NCBI GenBank assembly: GCA_964491655.1
Contig: CAZBHT010000001.1
Coordinates: 1 to 49,946 of the forward strand
DNA from: an uncultured Burkholderiaceae bacterium
GTDB taxonomy: Bacteria; Pseudomonadota; Gammaproteobacteria; Burkholderiales; Burkholderiaceae_F
Direction of reading: 5' to 3'
Length of the DNA stretch: 49,946 bases
The position numbers were made by a program, and so were the translations under genes. Shown piece by piece: positions 39,572 to 49,946 of the stretch. The notes under the pieces are model-generated. The model had not been told where the DNA came from. It did not search any database and worked only from the letters and a program-made list of their open reading frames with translations. Each line of letters opens with the position of its first letter. Within the stretch, counting starts at the first letter, position 1.

Positions 39572-40002
39572 TGGATTATTTGTGATGGTAAATATGAGGT
39601 GATAAACTGACAACCCCTTTTGTGAAAGAGGTGTGTTGCTTTGTAATGTATTAGTAAAAGTTCTTTTTACTTTCACAAAATATTTAATTGAAACAATTTT
39701 CTATTGATAAGCGATAGTCAAAGGGGATTGCATTCCTAGATGCTTCAAAAGAGTATCGATCTAGACTGTCGTCAGTTGATCTAATTATGCTGATATTCCC
39801 TGGACTAGGAATGAATTAAACCTAACAGGGCATAAAAGGGCTGATTGATTAGGATGGTTTACCAAGGTAAGTGCCTTCATTTAATTGATTTGATAAATGG
39901 GACTTGCTGTATTGAAACTGTTTTGTAGAAACAGTACAGAAATTTCATTGTTACGCAGTAAAGCGAAGCTGTTTTCTACGGAAAGTCATAACAGAGAAGA
40001 AA

Positions 40003-41157
40003 ATGATGAGAAAGAATCAAAAAGGCGGTTTTGTTTCTAAAAAAACACCTAAAACCGATCGTGTAATTTCTGAGGTCGAATACAAAAAAAGAAGAAAGGC
40101 GGAAATAGTGATTTCGGAACAGGAAGTGGAGGAATCAGGTTTGCAACTTTCTACGCAGACTCTTTCTTCTGAAGTGATCGAGCGTGGACGCAAGATACAG
40201 AAGAAAATTCAAACATCATTGAGTGAAAAATTACATAAAGTTCTTGCTGATGCCGGCATTGGGTCTCGTCGAGATATGGAAGAGCTGATTTTGTCTGGAC
40301 GGGTATCTGTTAATGGTGTGCCAGCTTATGTAGGACAACGAGTTCTTCCTACAGATATCGTAAAAATCAATGGTCGTCCTGTAAAAAGAGCCAGTAAAGA
40401 CGTTAATAAGCCTCCTCGTGTATTGGTCTATCATAAACCAACGGGTGAAATTGTTTCAATGGACGATCCTGAAGGAAGACCTCGGGTATTTGACCGCTTA
40501 CCTAGAATCAGAGGTGGTCGTTGGATTGCCGTTGGAAGACTCGACTTTAATACGGAAGGCTTACTTCTATTTACAAACAATGGAGTCTTAGCAAACCGCT
40601 TGATGCATCCTCGCTATGAGATGGAAAGAGAATATGCGGTTAGAGTTCAAGGACAGTTAACCGATGAGAAAAAAGAAAAGTTACTTCAGGGTGTTGAACT
40701 TAGTGATGGCTTAGCTAAATTTGATGGTATTGAAGAAGCGGGTGGTACAGGTTTTAATCGCTGGTATAAGGTGCTGATCAAAGAAGGACGAAATCGAGAA
40801 GTTCGTCGTATGTTTGAAGCAGTAGAACTGCCGGTTTCTCGCCTGATCCGAGTACGATATGGGGAAATTCATCTGCCTCAGAATTTGGTGCGTGGCAAAT
40901 TTATTGAAATGGAAGCAGAAATCGTCGAAGCGTGGCTTAATACGATCGGCTTTAACGAAGAAGAGAAAGCACCTGAATCAAAAGCACCTAGAAAGACAGT
41001 TTCTCCTAGAAATAAAGTTCAAAAGGGGGAAGGAACCAAAGTAGCTCGTTCTTCTAAGCGTCCTAATCCGCTGACAAGTACCGTGCACTATATTGCAAAT
41101 GGCGGTTTTTCAGAAGGAAAACGCAAAAGTAGGGTGAATGCTCGATCCCGTAACTGA
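40003..41157 (+). CDS. rluB: 23S rRNA pseudouridine(2605) synthase RluB (S4 domain plus RsuA/RluB catalytic domain, basic termini)
   Basis: S4 domain [29 protein letters not shown], catalytic motif [16 protein letters not shown], and [12 protein letters not shown]. Confidence 0.88.
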   Translation: MMRKNQKGGFVSKKTPKTDRVISEVEYKKRRKAEIVISEQEVEESGLQLSTQTLSSEVIERGRKIQKKIQTSLSEKLHKVLADAGIGSRRDMEELILSGRVSVNGVPAYVGQRVLPTDIVKINGRPVKRASKDVNKPPRVLVYHKPTGEIVSMDDPEGRPRVFDRLPRIRGGRWIAVGRLDFNTEGLLLFTNNGVLANRLMHPRYEMEREYAVRVQGQLTDEKKEKLLQGVELSDGLAKFDGIEEAGGTGFNRWYKVLIKEGRNREVRRMFEAVELPVSRLIRVRYGEIHLPQNLVRGKFIEMEAEIVEAWLNTIGFNEEEKAPESKAPRKTVSPRNKVQKGEGTKVARSSKRPNPLTSTVHYIANGGFSEGKRKSRVNARSRN

Positions 41158-41174
41158 AAAATCTATTGATTTTT

Positions 41175-41203
41175 TTGTGTTTTTATGTCAAATCAGGTAA
41201 AAT
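41175..41203 (+). promoter_or_regulatory. Candidate sigma-70 promoter for the rimP-nusA-infB operon
   Basis: TTGTGT (41175-41180), a 17-nt spacer, then TAAAAT (41198-41203). The -35 element is weak. Confidence 0.3.
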
Positions 41204-41303
41204 CACCGCTACTGTTATAGTAGAAACGGTACTGGACTACAGTGCCGTTTCTGACGAGGGTTTGTGTTGAGTAAGCTCTCGTTCCTATCAGGTTTTTTTA
41301 AGG

Positions 41304-41328
41304 ATGGGCTTATTAGCCCATTTTTTTA
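41304..41328 (+). terminator. Terminator-like hairpin in the rimP leader (candidate attenuator)
   Basis: 7-bp stem atgggct (41304-41310) / agcccat (41315-41321) with loop tatt, followed by a run of T to 41327. It ends 26 nt before the rimP ATG. Confidence 0.65.
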
Positions 41329-41353
41329 TGGTTTAAAGGGATAGCAAAATCGG

Positions 41354-41923
41354 ATGGCAGTTTCTGCACAGCTTTATGAATTAGTCGAAACGACTGTGAA
41401 AGGAGTGGGCTACGAACTCGTAGATGTCGAGCGTTTTGCCCGTGGGATTATTCGAGTGACTATTGACCAGGAAGGTGGTATTACGTTGAACGATTGCGAA
41501 GTCGTTAGTAATCTTTTGAATCCTACCCTGACAGTAGAAGGGATCGATTTCGATAGGTTGGAGGTTTCATCTCCAGGGGTCGATCGTCCGCTCCGTAAGG
41601 TCGCAGATTTTAAACGCTTTGCTGGCAATACAGCACATATTGAACTTTTTACTCCAATTCATGGCGAAGGGCTTCCGGAAAATGGTCGTCGTCGTATGGA
41701 TGTGCGTATTGTTGATGTGGTAGACGATCAAGAATGTCCCATTATCAACGTAGAAATATTAGCTGAACGTCCCGCCTTGACTCCATCGGCAAAGTCTCGT
41801 ACGAGCAATAAGAAAAAGATGTCGAATGATTCAAAAGAAAATATCAAGGTCGGTATTCCATATAAAGAAATTGAACAAGCTACTTTGATTGCAGAATTAG
41901 ATTTTCGAGGAAGAAACAAATGA
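41354..41923 (+). CDS. rimP: Ribosome maturation factor RimP
   Basis: [20 protein letters not shown], and its position directly upstream of nusA with an ATGA overlap. It has a Ser/Lys-rich insertion near the C-terminus. Confidence 0.88.
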   Translation: MAVSAQLYELVETTVKGVGYELVDVERFARGIIRVTIDQEGGITLNDCEVVSNLLNPTLTVEGIDFDRLEVSSPGVDRPLRKVADFKRFAGNTAHIELFTPIHGEGLPENGRRRMDVRIVDVVDDQECPIINVEILAERPALTPSAKSRTSNKKKMSNDSKENIKVGIPYKEIEQATLIAELDFRGRNK

Positions 41924-43413
41924 GCAGAGATCTCCTAGATATTGTTGAAGTACTAGCCCACGAAAAAAATGTTGGTAAAGAAGTGGTTCTTCATGCTTTA
42001 GAAAGTGCTCTAGCAAGTGCTGTGAAGAAGTCGGAGTTCCCTGGTGAAGATGCTGATATTGTGGTTCGTGTGGATCCAGTAACAGGTAAACAGTCCGTTT
42101 GTCGTCAGTGGAAAGTAGTTCCAGATGATCAAGGTTTACAAGAGCCAGATCGTGAAATTCTTCAGTGGGAAGCTAAAGAAGATTACTCGGATCAGGGTGA
42201 AATGAATGTAGGTGACTATGTTCGCCAGGAATTACCTGCTGTAAGCGTGACCGGTAGAAGATTTGCTACAGATGCAAAGCAAGTTATTTTGCAAAAGTTA
42301 AGAGAAGCTGAACGTTCTCAGATTTTGAATGATTTCTTGGCTCAAAATCAGGATAAGAAGATTGTAAGTGGACAAATCAAGCGTATGGACCGTGGTGATG
42401 CGATTGTGGAAATTGGTCGTCTTGATGCTCGCTTGTTAAAGTCAGAAATGATTCCTCGTCAAAATCTTCGTCCAGGCGATCGAGTAAAAGCCTATGTGAT
42501 GAAAGTTGATGAAATGAGTAGACAACAACAGGTGGTTCTGTCTCGTGTTTGTCCTGAATTTTTGGTTGAATTGGTTCGTACCGAAGTTCCTGAAATTGAT
42601 GAAGGTCTTCTTGAAGTTAAGGGCTGTGAACGTATTCCTGGTGTACGTGCCAAAATTGCTGTATACGCTAAGGATAAGCGTATTGATCCTATTGGAGCAT
42701 GTGTTGGTATTAAGGGATCTCGTATTCAAGCTGTAACAAAAGAATTAAACGGTGAGCGAATTGATATTGTTTTGTGGTCTGATCAGCCTGCAGAATATGT
42801 AATTGGCGCTTTGGCTCCTGCCTCTATTAAGTCTATCGTTGTACATGAAGATGCTCACCGTATGGAAGTTGTAGCTGAAGATGGTGGTAAGGCTATCGGA
42901 ATCGATGGGGACAACGTTAAGTTGGCAAGTCGTTTAACGGGTTGGGATATTCAGGTGTTAACGGAACAGGCTGCGGATGAAAAGCGCCGTGCTGAACAAA
43001 CTGAATTGGTTCAAAACCTGGTTTGTCATCTTGACGTAGATGAAAACGTGGCAGAACTTCTAATTGAATATGGTATTGAAACCATAGAAGAAGTTGCTTA
43101 CGTTCCAGAAGAAGAATTATTGTCTATTGAAGAGCTTGATGAAGAAACAATCAAAGAATTAAGAAGTCGAGCTCGTACTGCATTATTGACTGTAGCTTTG
43201 GAACGTGAAGAAATTCTCAAGACTATTGATCCACAGATTTTAAGTCTTGAAGGTATGGACAATGATCTTGCAACCAAGCTTGGAAAAAATGGTATCAAGA
43301 CGCTAGATGATTTAGCTGATTTGGCGACAGACGAATTAATTGATATTGCTAAGATCGATGAAGATAAAGCTATGAAATTGATTACGACAGCTCGTGCTCA
43401 TTGGAATAAATAA
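41920..43413 (+). CDS. nusA: Transcription termination/antitermination factor NusA
   Basis: 497 aa. It has an N-terminal domain, an S1 domain, two KH domains ([11 protein letters not shown]) and C-terminal acidic HhH repeats. Confidence 0.97.
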   Translation: MSRDLLDIVEVLAHEKNVGKEVVLHALESALASAVKKSEFPGEDADIVVRVDPVTGKQSVCRQWKVVPDDQGLQEPDREILQWEAKEDYSDQGEMNVGDYVRQELPAVSVTGRRFATDAKQVILQKLREAERSQILNDFLAQNQDKKIVSGQIKRMDRGDAIVEIGRLDARLLKSEMIPRQNLRPGDRVKAYVMKVDEMSRQQQVVLSRVCPEFLVELVRTEVPEIDEGLLEVKGCERIPGVRAKIAVYAKDKRIDPIGACVGIKGSRIQAVTKELNGERIDIVLWSDQPAEYVIGALAPASIKSIVVHEDAHRMEVVAEDGGKAIGIDGDNVKLASRLTGWDIQVLTEQAADEKRRAEQTELVQNLVCHLDVDENVAELLIEYGIETIEEVAYVPEEELLSIEELDEETIKELRSRARTALLTVALEREEILKTIDPQILSLEGMDNDLATKLGKNGIKTLDDLADLATDELIDIAKIDEDKAMKLITTARAHWNK

Positions 43414-43431
43414 CAATTGGGAGGGGATTCT

Positions 43432-46179
43432 ATGGCAAATACAACAGTTGAAAATTTAGCTACAGATCTGAAACTTCCAGTTGAAGAGCTGTTAACTCAA
43501 CTTAAGGCGGCAGGCTTAAATCAGAAATCGGGATCCGATTTGATCAATGATGCCGATAAAGATCGCTTTTTAACATCATTACAAGTTGCTCGTGGTAGTC
43601 AAAATGCAGGCAAGCGTCGCATCACGATTACGAGCAAAGAAAAAAAGGTGATTAACCAAGGACATAATCACACGGTTCAGGTTGAAGTTAGAAAAAAACG
43701 TGTTTTAGTTAAGCGTCCCGACATCGCCGCGATGGCTCGTAAAGAGGCCGAAGCCGCAATCGCTGCAAAGCGTGCCGAAGAAGAAGCTTTAGCTCGTAAG
43801 GCTGAAGAGGAGCGCAAACTTCAGGAAGAAGCTAAGCGTGTGGCTGAAGAAGCACGTCGAGCAGAAGAAGCTCGCAAGGCTGAAGAATTACGTCGTGCGG
43901 AAGAGCAAAAGGCAGAAGAAGCTCGTCGTAAACTTGAGGAAGAGCGTAAAGCGATGGAAACTCAGAAAAAACGCGAAAACACGAAACCATTGCAAACTAA
44001 GCGTCCACAGAATAACAATGTGGCGAAAGCCAACAAGCATGGTTCTACGACAGAAGATCGTAAAAAAGCTGATATGGTTCGAGAAAATGCTCGTCGCAAA
44101 GCTGAAGAGGAAGCTCGTGCTATTCGTGAAATGATGTCGGCTCCAAAACGTGTCATGACGGCAAAATCATCTGAAAAAATGAAAGATGAAGAACCTAAAA
44201 AGCACAAAAATAGTGCAAAACGTGACAATAAACAGAGCCGTGATGCTAAGAACCAGGACGGTAATTGGGGTGATGATCGCAAAAGACGCACCATGAAGAA
44301 TCGTGGTGGCGATATTACGAGCGAAGAATCTACAGGATGGAAATCTGACCGTAGAAATCGTAAAAATAGTAAACATGCAACTGAAGCTCAAAAGACAGTC
44401 CAGCAACCTCAAGAGCCAATTGTTAAAGAAGTGACCGTACCAGAAACAATTACGGTTTCTGAGTTGGCTCATAAGATGAGTATCAAGGCTACAGAATTGA
44501 TTAAGGCTATGATGAAAATGGGACAAATGGTCACAATCAATCAGATGCTTGATCAAGATACTGCGATGATTTTGGTTGAAGAAATGGGACATAAGGCCAT
44601 CGCAGCCAAGCCAGACGATCCCGAGGCGTTCTTGGAAGAAGCTGAAGAAAAAGCAAAAGCAAATTTACCTAAGGAACCTCGTCCTCCTGTCGTCACGATC
44701 ATGGGGCACGTAGACCATGGTAAGACTTCATTGCTTGACTATATTCGTCGTACACGCGTCGCAGCGGGTGAAGCCGGTGGTATTACACAGCACATTGGTG
44801 CTTATCATGTTAAGACACCTAGAGGGATTATTACCTTCTTGGATACACCGGGACATGAAGCTTTTACTGCAATGCGCGCACGTGGTGCACAGGCAACGGA
44901 TATCGTAATTTTGGTTGTTGCTTCTGATGACGGTGTAATGCCTCAGACAAAAGAAGCTATTGCACACGCTAAAGCCGGTAATGTTCCATTAGTCGTTGCA
45001 ATCAACAAGATTGATAAACCAGAAGCCAATCCTGAACGCGTTAAGCAAGAGTTGGTCGCCAATGATGTTATGCCGGAAGATTACGGTGGCGATGTTCCAT
45101 TTATTCCTGTTTCTGCAAAAACAGGTCAAGGCATTGATGATCTTTTAGAAAATGTACTCCTTCAAGCAGAAATTTTAGAATTAAAGGCCATTAAAGAAGG
45201 CCCAGCGAAGGGTGTTGTTATTGAATCAAGATTGGATAAAGGTAAAGGTGCTGTTGCTTCCGTTTTAGTTCAGTCTGGAACATTAAATCGTGGTGATATT
45301 GTTCTAGCTGGAGCTACGTTCGGTCGTGTACGAGCCATGCTTGACGAAAACGGTAAAGCAGTTCAGCAAGCCGGTCCTTCTATTCCGGTAGAAATTCAGG
45401 GTTTGTCCGACGTTCCTGCTGCGGGCGATGAAATCATTGTTATCAATGATGAAAGAAAAGCAAGAGAATTGGCTAATTACCGTCAAGGTAAGTACCGTGA
45501 TGTGAAGTTGGCAAAACAACAGGCTGCTAAGCTCGAAAACCTCTTTAGCGATGGTGTAGAAGGCCAGAAGTCGTTGATGCTTGTCATCAAGAGTGATGTT
45601 CAGGGTTCTCAGGAAGCCTTAGTTCACGCTCTGACAAAGCTTTCTACAGATGAAGTGAGGGTTTCTGTGGTCCACGCTGCGGTTGGTGGTATTAGTGAAT
45701 CCGATATTAACCTTGCTATTGCTTCTAACGCAGTGGTGCTTGGCTTTAACGTTCGTGCCGATGCTCAAGCTAGAAAATTAGCTGAATCGAACGGTATTGA
45801 TATCCGTTACTACAATATTATCTATGACGCAGTAGATGACGTTAAGAAAGCTATGAGTGGTATGTTGGCCCCAGAACGTCGTGAAAACCATATTGGTTTG
45901 GTTGAAATTCGTCAGATTATTCGTGTACCTAAGGTTGGTAGTATTGCTGGTTGTATGGTACTTGAGGGTGTTGTTAAACGTAGTTCTCATGCAAGACTTC
46001 TACGCGACAATGTCATTATCTGGACGGGTGAAATTAATTCCTTAAGACGCTTTAAAGATGATGTCAAGGAAGTTAAGGCTGGCGCCGAATGTGGTCTTTC
46101 TTTGAAGGCTATGGATGACATCCAAGAAAGAGATAAACTTGAAATCTTTGAAGTAGAAGAAGTCGCTCGTACGCTTTAA
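43432..46179 (+). CDS. infB: Translation initiation factor IF-2
   Basis: [11 protein letters not shown]-terminus, a charged K/E/R/A-rich region, and a GTPase domain ([24 protein letters not shown]). ATG 43432 follows gggagggg. The ORF-track TTG 43417 overlaps the SD. Confidence 0.97.
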   Translation: MANTTVENLATDLKLPVEELLTQLKAAGLNQKSGSDLINDADKDRFLTSLQVARGSQNAGKRRITITSKEKKVINQGHNHTVQVEVRKKRVLVKRPDIAAMARKEAEAAIAAKRAEEEALARKAEEERKLQEEAKRVAEEARRAEEARKAEELRRAEEQKAEEARRKLEEERKAMETQKKRENTKPLQTKRPQNNNVAKANKHGSTTEDRKKADMVRENARRKAEEEARAIREMMSAPKRVMTAKSSEKMKDEEPKKHKNSAKRDNKQSRDAKNQDGNWGDDRKRRTMKNRGGDITSEESTGWKSDRRNRKNSKHATEAQKTVQQPQEPIVKEVTVPETITVSELAHKMSIKATELIKAMMKMGQMVTINQMLDQDTAMILVEEMGHKAIAAKPDDPEAFLEEAEEKAKANLPKEPRPPVVTIMGHVDHGKTSLLDYIRRTRVAAGEAGGITQHIGAYHVKTPRGIITFLDTPGHEAFTAMRARGAQATDIVILVVASDDGVMPQTKEAIAHAKAGNVPLVVAINKIDKPEANPERVKQELVANDVMPEDYGGDVPFIPVSAKTGQGIDDLLENVLLQAEILELKAIKEGPAKGVVIESRLDKGKGAVASVLVQSGTLNRGDIVLAGATFGRVRAMLDENGKAVQQAGPSIPVEIQGLSDVPAAGDEIIVINDERKARELANYRQGKYRDVKLAKQQAAKLENLFSDGVEGQKSLMLVIKSDVQGSQEALVHALTKLSTDEVRVSVVHAAVGGISESDINLAIASNAVVLGFNVRADAQARKLAESNGIDIRYYNIIYDAVDDVKKAMSGMLAPERRENHIGLVEIRQIIRVPKVGSIAGCMVLEGVVKRSSHARLLRDNVIIWTGEINSLRRFKDDVKEVKAGAECGLSLKAMDDIQERDKLEIFEVEEVARTL

Positions 46180-46198
46180 TATACCGACTAGAAAAACA

Positions 46199-46223
46199 GA
46201 AGAGCCGAAAGGCTCTTTTGTTT
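46199..46223 (+). terminator. Intrinsic terminator/attenuator between infB and rbfA
   Basis: Stem aagagcc (46200-46206) / ggctctt (46211-46217) with a GAAA loop, followed by ttgttt. Confidence 0.65.
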
Positions 46224-46246
46224 CCTTGGTTGAAGAGGAGAAAAAT

Positions 46247-46621
46247 ATGTTGAAGGTTGCCAAACCTGGACGTTCTAACCGTATTGCGGATCAAATCCAG
46301 CGCGATTTAGCTAAATTAATTCCTCGCGAAGTGAGTAATCCTGCGGCTGGTCTCGTCACTTTAACAGGAGTAACCATTACTCCAGATTATGCTCATGCAA
46401 CGGTGTACTTTACATCCATCGGATCAACTGCAGAGGCATCGACGAAGGCTCTGAACAGCGCCGCTCCGATGTTGCATCAACGAATTTTTAAACTTTTGCA
46501 TATTCATACCGTTCCACAGTTGCACTTTGTTTACGATACCAGTATCGACAGAGGCTTTGAAATGGATGCGTTGATTCGTCAAGCAAGAGCCGAAGATGCC
46601 GAAAAGGTTAAGGTTGACTAG
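46247..46621 (+). CDS. rbfA: Ribosome-binding factor A
   Basis: RSNRIADQIQRDLAKLI and VPQLHFVYD are present. ATG 46247 lies after gaggag. The ORF-track TTG 46226 is probably too early. Confidence 0.92.
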   Translation: MLKVAKPGRSNRIADQIQRDLAKLIPREVSNPAAGLVTLTGVTITPDYAHATVYFTSIGSTAEASTKALNSAAPMLHQRIFKLLHIHTVPQLHFVYDTSIDRGFEMDALIRQARAEDAEKVKVD

Positions 46622-46624
46622 AAA

Positions 46625-47539
46625 GTGAATCAAAAAAAAGAAAAGAAAAGGGTTGATGGAGTTTTTTTACTTGATAAGCCCGTAGGTCTTTCCAGTAATA
46701 CGGCATTACAGAAGGTTCGAAGACTGCTGAACGCTAAAAAGGCAGGACATACCGGAACTCTGGATCCGTTAGCCAGTGGTTTGTTACCTTTGTGCTTTGG
46801 AGAGGCCACAAAATTTTCTGCAGATCTGTTAGATGCGGAAAAAGAATATTTGGCAGAAATCTGTTTTGGTCAAAAGACAGAGACTGGTGACTCAGAAGGG
46901 GCTGTTGTAGAAACAAAATCGGTTTGTTTCACTCAAGAACAACTGAAAAAAGGACTAGAAAAGTTTGTTGGGGAGATCGAACAGATTCCTCCTATGTACT
47001 CAGCCTTGAAAAAAAATGGAGTACCACTTTATAAAATTGCGAGAAGTGGTGAAACAATCGAAAGAGCACCTCGTAAGGTAGTAATATCTCGCATGGATTT
47101 ACTTCAATTTGATTTGCCTAAAGTTGTGATTCGTGTAGCTTGTTCCAAAGGAACCTATATTCGGGTTTTGGCTGAAGACATTGCACAGGCAATGGGAACC
47201 GTTGCACATTTAACAGCCCTTAGACGAGTTCGAGTTGGAGACGTCAAGATTTGTGATGCAGTGACTTTAGAGCATTTTGAGAAGATTTCTGAAGAAGAAC
47301 GCGTTCAAATGTTGGCACCGGTGGATAAACTGATTTCTTCGTTACCGAAGATTATGCTTTCGGAACAACAGACAGAGCGATTCCATCATGGACAAAAAAT
47401 TATGCTCGAACCTCAAGAATATTTTGGTCGCGTTCGAGTTTACGGCTTGTTTGGTTCCTGTGTGAAACTTATGGGAACAGCACAGCTCAGCAATACCGGT
47501 TTTTTAATTCCGGAAAGATTAGTAACTTTTGAAGTTTAG
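46625..47539 (+). CDS. truB: tRNA pseudouridine(55) synthase TruB
   Basis: GVFLLDKPVGLSSN, the catalytic GHTGTLDPLASGLLPL, and PPMYSALK. The start is GTG. Confidence 0.93.
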   Translation: MNQKKEKKRVDGVFLLDKPVGLSSNTALQKVRRLLNAKKAGHTGTLDPLASGLLPLCFGEATKFSADLLDAEKEYLAEICFGQKTETGDSEGAVVETKSVCFTQEQLKKGLEKFVGEIEQIPPMYSALKKNGVPLYKIARSGETIERAPRKVVISRMDLLQFDLPKVVIRVACSKGTYIRVLAEDIAQAMGTVAHLTALRRVRVGDVKICDAVTLEHFEKISEEERVQMLAPVDKLISSLPKIMLSEQQTERFHHGQKIMLEPQEYFGRVRVYGLFGSCVKLMGTAQLSNTGFLIPERLVTFEV

Positions 47540-47548
47540 ATAAAAGAT

Positions 47549-49399
47549 ATGACTCGAGCACTTAGAAATGTAGCTATTATTGCTCACGTAGACCATGGTA
47601 AAACTACAATGGTGGATCAGCTTCTTCATCAGGCTGGAACGTTCCGTGAAAACCAGGCTGTTGAAGAGCGTGTGATGGACAGCAATGATATTGAACGAGA
47701 ACGTGGTATTACCATTCTCGCTAAGAATTGTGCCGTTGACTATAACGGTGTCCATATTAATGTTATTGATACTCCGGGACACGCTGACTTTGGTGGTGAA
47801 GTAGAACGTGTTCTTTCGATGGTAGACGGTGTTTTGTTGTTGGTTGACGCTGTAGAAGGACCGATGCCCCAGACGCGTTTTGTAACCAAAAAAGCACTCG
47901 CTTTAGGTTTAAAGCCTATTGTAGTTATCAATAAGATTGACCGTCCAGGTGCTCGTCCTGATTGGGTTATTAACCAAACGTTTGACCTTTTTGATAAGTT
48001 GGGTGCTACAGACGAACAGTTAGATTTCCCGGTTATCTATGCTTCCGCATTAGAGGGCTTTGCCGGAGAAACAGATGACGTAGAAGAATTGAAGAAGATT
48101 GGCAACATGAAGGCTATCTTTGACAAGATTATTGAATACGTTCCTGTTCGTGAAGACAATATTGATGGTCCATTACAGTTACAGATTTGCTCGCTAGATT
48201 ATTCAAGTTATGTTGGCAAAATTGGTATTGGCCGTATCAATCGTGGTCGTTTAAAGCCAATGCAAGAAGTTCTTGTTATCAATGGTCCAGGAGCTGAGCC
48301 AAAGCGTGCCAAGGTCAACCAAGTATTGATGTTTAAGGGGTTGGAACGTCGAGTTGTTGATGAAGCTTCTGCGGGTGACATTGTTTTGATCAATGGTATC
48401 GAAGAAATTGGTATTGGTTCGACGATTTGTTCTACCGATACTCCGGATGCTTTGCCATTGCTTCATGTTGATGAACCTACATTAATCATGAACTTCCATG
48501 TTAATACTTCACCTCTTGCAGGAACTGAAGGTAAGTTTGTAACTAGCCGACAGATTCGTGAACGTTTAGAAAGAGAATTGAAGTCAAACGTTGCGATGCG
48601 CATGAAGCCAACTGATAATGAAGGCGTTTTTGAAATTGCTGGTCGTGGTGAATTGCATTTGACCATTCTCATTGAAAATATGAGACGTGAGGGTTATGAG
48701 TTAGCAGTATCTCGTCCACGTGTGGTTTATCGTACGATTGATGGTGTTAAGTGCGAACCGTTTGAAACTTTAACCATTGACGTAGAAGAAGTCCATCAGG
48801 GCCCAATTATGGAGGAATTGGGACGTCGTAAGGGTGATTTGCAGGATATGCAACCTGACGGTAAGGGACGTGTACGTCTTGAATACCGTATTCCAGCTAG
48901 AGGCTTGATCGGCTTCCAAAATGATTTCTTGACGATGACTCGTGGTACTGGAGTTATGAGCCATGTGTTTGATAACTATGGTCCAGTGAAGTCTGGTGAC
49001 TTGGGTGAACGTCGTAATGGTGCCATCATTTCACAAGATGACGGTAATGCTGTTGCTTACGCTTTGTGGAAAATTCAGGAAAGAGGTCGCTTGTTTATTA
49101 GTCCGGGCGCCGCTATCTACGAAGGCATGGTGATTGGTATTCATTCTCGAGACAACGATATTGTGGTTACCCCAATTAAGGGTAAGCAACTTACCAATAT
49201 TCGTGCATCGGGAACCGATGAAGCGATTCGCTTGGTCCCTCCCGTTCAACTAACCCTTGAAGGTGCTGTTGAATTTATCAACGATGATGAATTGGTTGAA
49301 ATTACTCCTAAGACCATTCGTATTCGTAAGCGTTGGTTGAAAGAGTTTGAACGTCGCCGAGCCGCTCGTGGGGATGAACGAATTGGCCCAGGCATCTAA
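47549..49399 (+). CDS. typA: Translational GTPase TypA/BipA
   Basis: [27 protein letters not shown] and NKIDR are present, and the 616-aa architecture is colinear with BipA. Confidence 0.97.
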   Translation: MTRALRNVAIIAHVDHGKTTMVDQLLHQAGTFRENQAVEERVMDSNDIERERGITILAKNCAVDYNGVHINVIDTPGHADFGGEVERVLSMVDGVLLLVDAVEGPMPQTRFVTKKALALGLKPIVVINKIDRPGARPDWVINQTFDLFDKLGATDEQLDFPVIYASALEGFAGETDDVEELKKIGNMKAIFDKIIEYVPVREDNIDGPLQLQICSLDYSSYVGKIGIGRINRGRLKPMQEVLVINGPGAEPKRAKVNQVLMFKGLERRVVDEASAGDIVLINGIEEIGIGSTICSTDTPDALPLLHVDEPTLIMNFHVNTSPLAGTEGKFVTSRQIRERLERELKSNVAMRMKPTDNEGVFEIAGRGELHLTILIENMRREGYELAVSRPRVVYRTIDGVKCEPFETLTIDVEEVHQGPIMEELGRRKGDLQDMQPDGKGRVRLEYRIPARGLIGFQNDFLTMTRGTGVMSHVFDNYGPVKSGDLGERRNGAIISQDDGNAVAYALWKIQERGRLFISPGAAIYEGMVIGIHSRDNDIVVTPIKGKQLTNIRASGTDEAIRLVPPVQLTLEGAVEFINDDELVEITPKTIRIRKRWLKEFERRRAARGDERIGPGI

Positions 49400-49769
49400 T
49401 TCTCTCTGTCCATGTGGTTCAGGTAAGAATTACGAAGATTGTTGTAAACCTCTCCATTGCGGGAGGTTTGCAACATCTGCGGAAGCACTGATGCGTTCTC
49501 GCTATAGTGCTTTTGTTTTACTACTGGATCGTTACTTACTTGAAACCTGGCATAGCGAAACCCGACCGGAGTCTTTGGACTTTGAACCCATTAAATGGTT
49601 GGGGCTGAAAGTAGTTCGTGCTGAGCAAATAAGCGATACAGAAGCTTGTGTTGAGTTTGTCGCTCGAGGCCGTGTTTCTGGGCGTGGTTTTAGACATCAT
49701 GAATTGAGTCGATTTATTTTCGAAAACGATCGTTGGTATTACGTTGACGGGAAGATGTTTGAAAAGTAG
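49374..49769 (+). CDS. YchJ family protein (SEC-C metal-binding motif plus NTF2-like domain, UPF0225)
   Basis: [13 protein letters not shown], then RSRYSAF and a C-terminal W-Y-Y-V-DG pattern. The start is uncertain: ATG 49374 overlaps the typA 3' end by 26 nt, and TTG 49383 or 49347 are alternatives. Confidence 0.8.
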   Translation: MNELAQASNSLCPCGSGKNYEDCCKPLHCGRFATSAEALMRSRYSAFVLLLDRYLLETWHSETRPESLDFEPIKWLGLKVVRAEQISDTEACVEFVARGRVSGRGFRHHELSRFIFENDRWYYVDGKMFEK

Positions 49770-49812
49770 GTTTCAGTATTTTCTGAAATAGCTATATTAG
49801 GTTTTGTTTGAG

Positions 49813-49946
49813 ATGATCGAAAAAGAATCTTGGAAATTTTGTGTTGCGCCAATGTTGGATTTAACCGACAGACACTGCCGATATTTTCATAGACAATTGA
49901 CGAAAAAAGCACGTCTGTATTCTGAAATGGTTACTACCGGTGCTTT
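49813..49946 (+). CDS. dusA: tRNA-dihydrouridine synthase A, 5' fragment (continues past the window edge)
   Basis: My own translation from ATG 49813 gives [44 protein letters not shown]. This matches the conserved DusA N-terminus (xSVAPMxDxTDRHxRYF...LYTEMVTT). It is absent from the ORF track because it is truncated. Confidence 0.85.
   Translation, partial: MIEKESWKFCVAPMLDLTDRHCRYFHRQLTKKARLYSEMVTTGA

Noticed and set aside
43838-44592. Three overlapping ORFs in other frames or on the other strand inside infB (43838-44134 +, 43962-44294 -, 44167-44592 -).
   Set aside because: They fall in the low-complexity GAA/AAG/GCT-rich segment encoding the charged K/E/R/A repeat region of IF-2 (…[30 protein letters not shown]…). 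Such repeats keep several frames open. Their translations are low-complexity, and they are fully nested in a gene of certain identity.

Overview
This 49.9-kb window is a tightly packed, AT-leaning chromosomal segment (roughly 40% GC by eye, not computed). It is almost entirely housekeeping genes. Gene content and order are: smpB/rnfH/guaB; tadA-ldcA; ilvI-ilvH-ilvC; rph-rdgB-hemW; glnA-glnL-ntrC; prlC-xthA; a FixL/FixJ-like pair next to folD; rpiA; yggX; argA divergent from hrpA; dnaQ; rluB; rimP-nusA-infB-rbfA-truB; typA; dusA. This looks like core genome of a betaproteobacterium, probably Burkholderiales-like, but that is inferred from synteny only. I support 42 protein-coding genes (one truncated at the right edge), about ten intrinsic terminators or hairpins, and a textbook sigma-54 promoter with an NtrC enhancer upstream of glnA. 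I see no rRNA or tRNA genes, no transposase, integrase or phage genes, no CRISPR array, and no recognisable defence or toxin-antitoxin island. I found no convincing evidence of a new multi-gene system. The items worth a second look are modest: (1) an orphan 320-aa membrane-anchored coiled-coil protein of unknown family; (2) a divergent RlmN/Cfr-family radical SAM gene after ntrC; (3) a ~128-aa N-terminal extension on TadA; (4) a 431-nt non-coding, inverted-repeat-rich spacer between dnaQ and rluB; (5) a structured, terminator-containing leader upstream of rimP-nusA-infB. Several ORF-track starts appear too far upstream (guaB, ygiW-like, ldcA, glnL, xthA, folD, hrpA, pbpG-like, infB, rbfA, ychJ-like). 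I re-set these from Shine-Dalgarno spacing and family N-termini. All short opposite-strand or alternate-frame ORFs inside these genes are treated as shadow ORFs.
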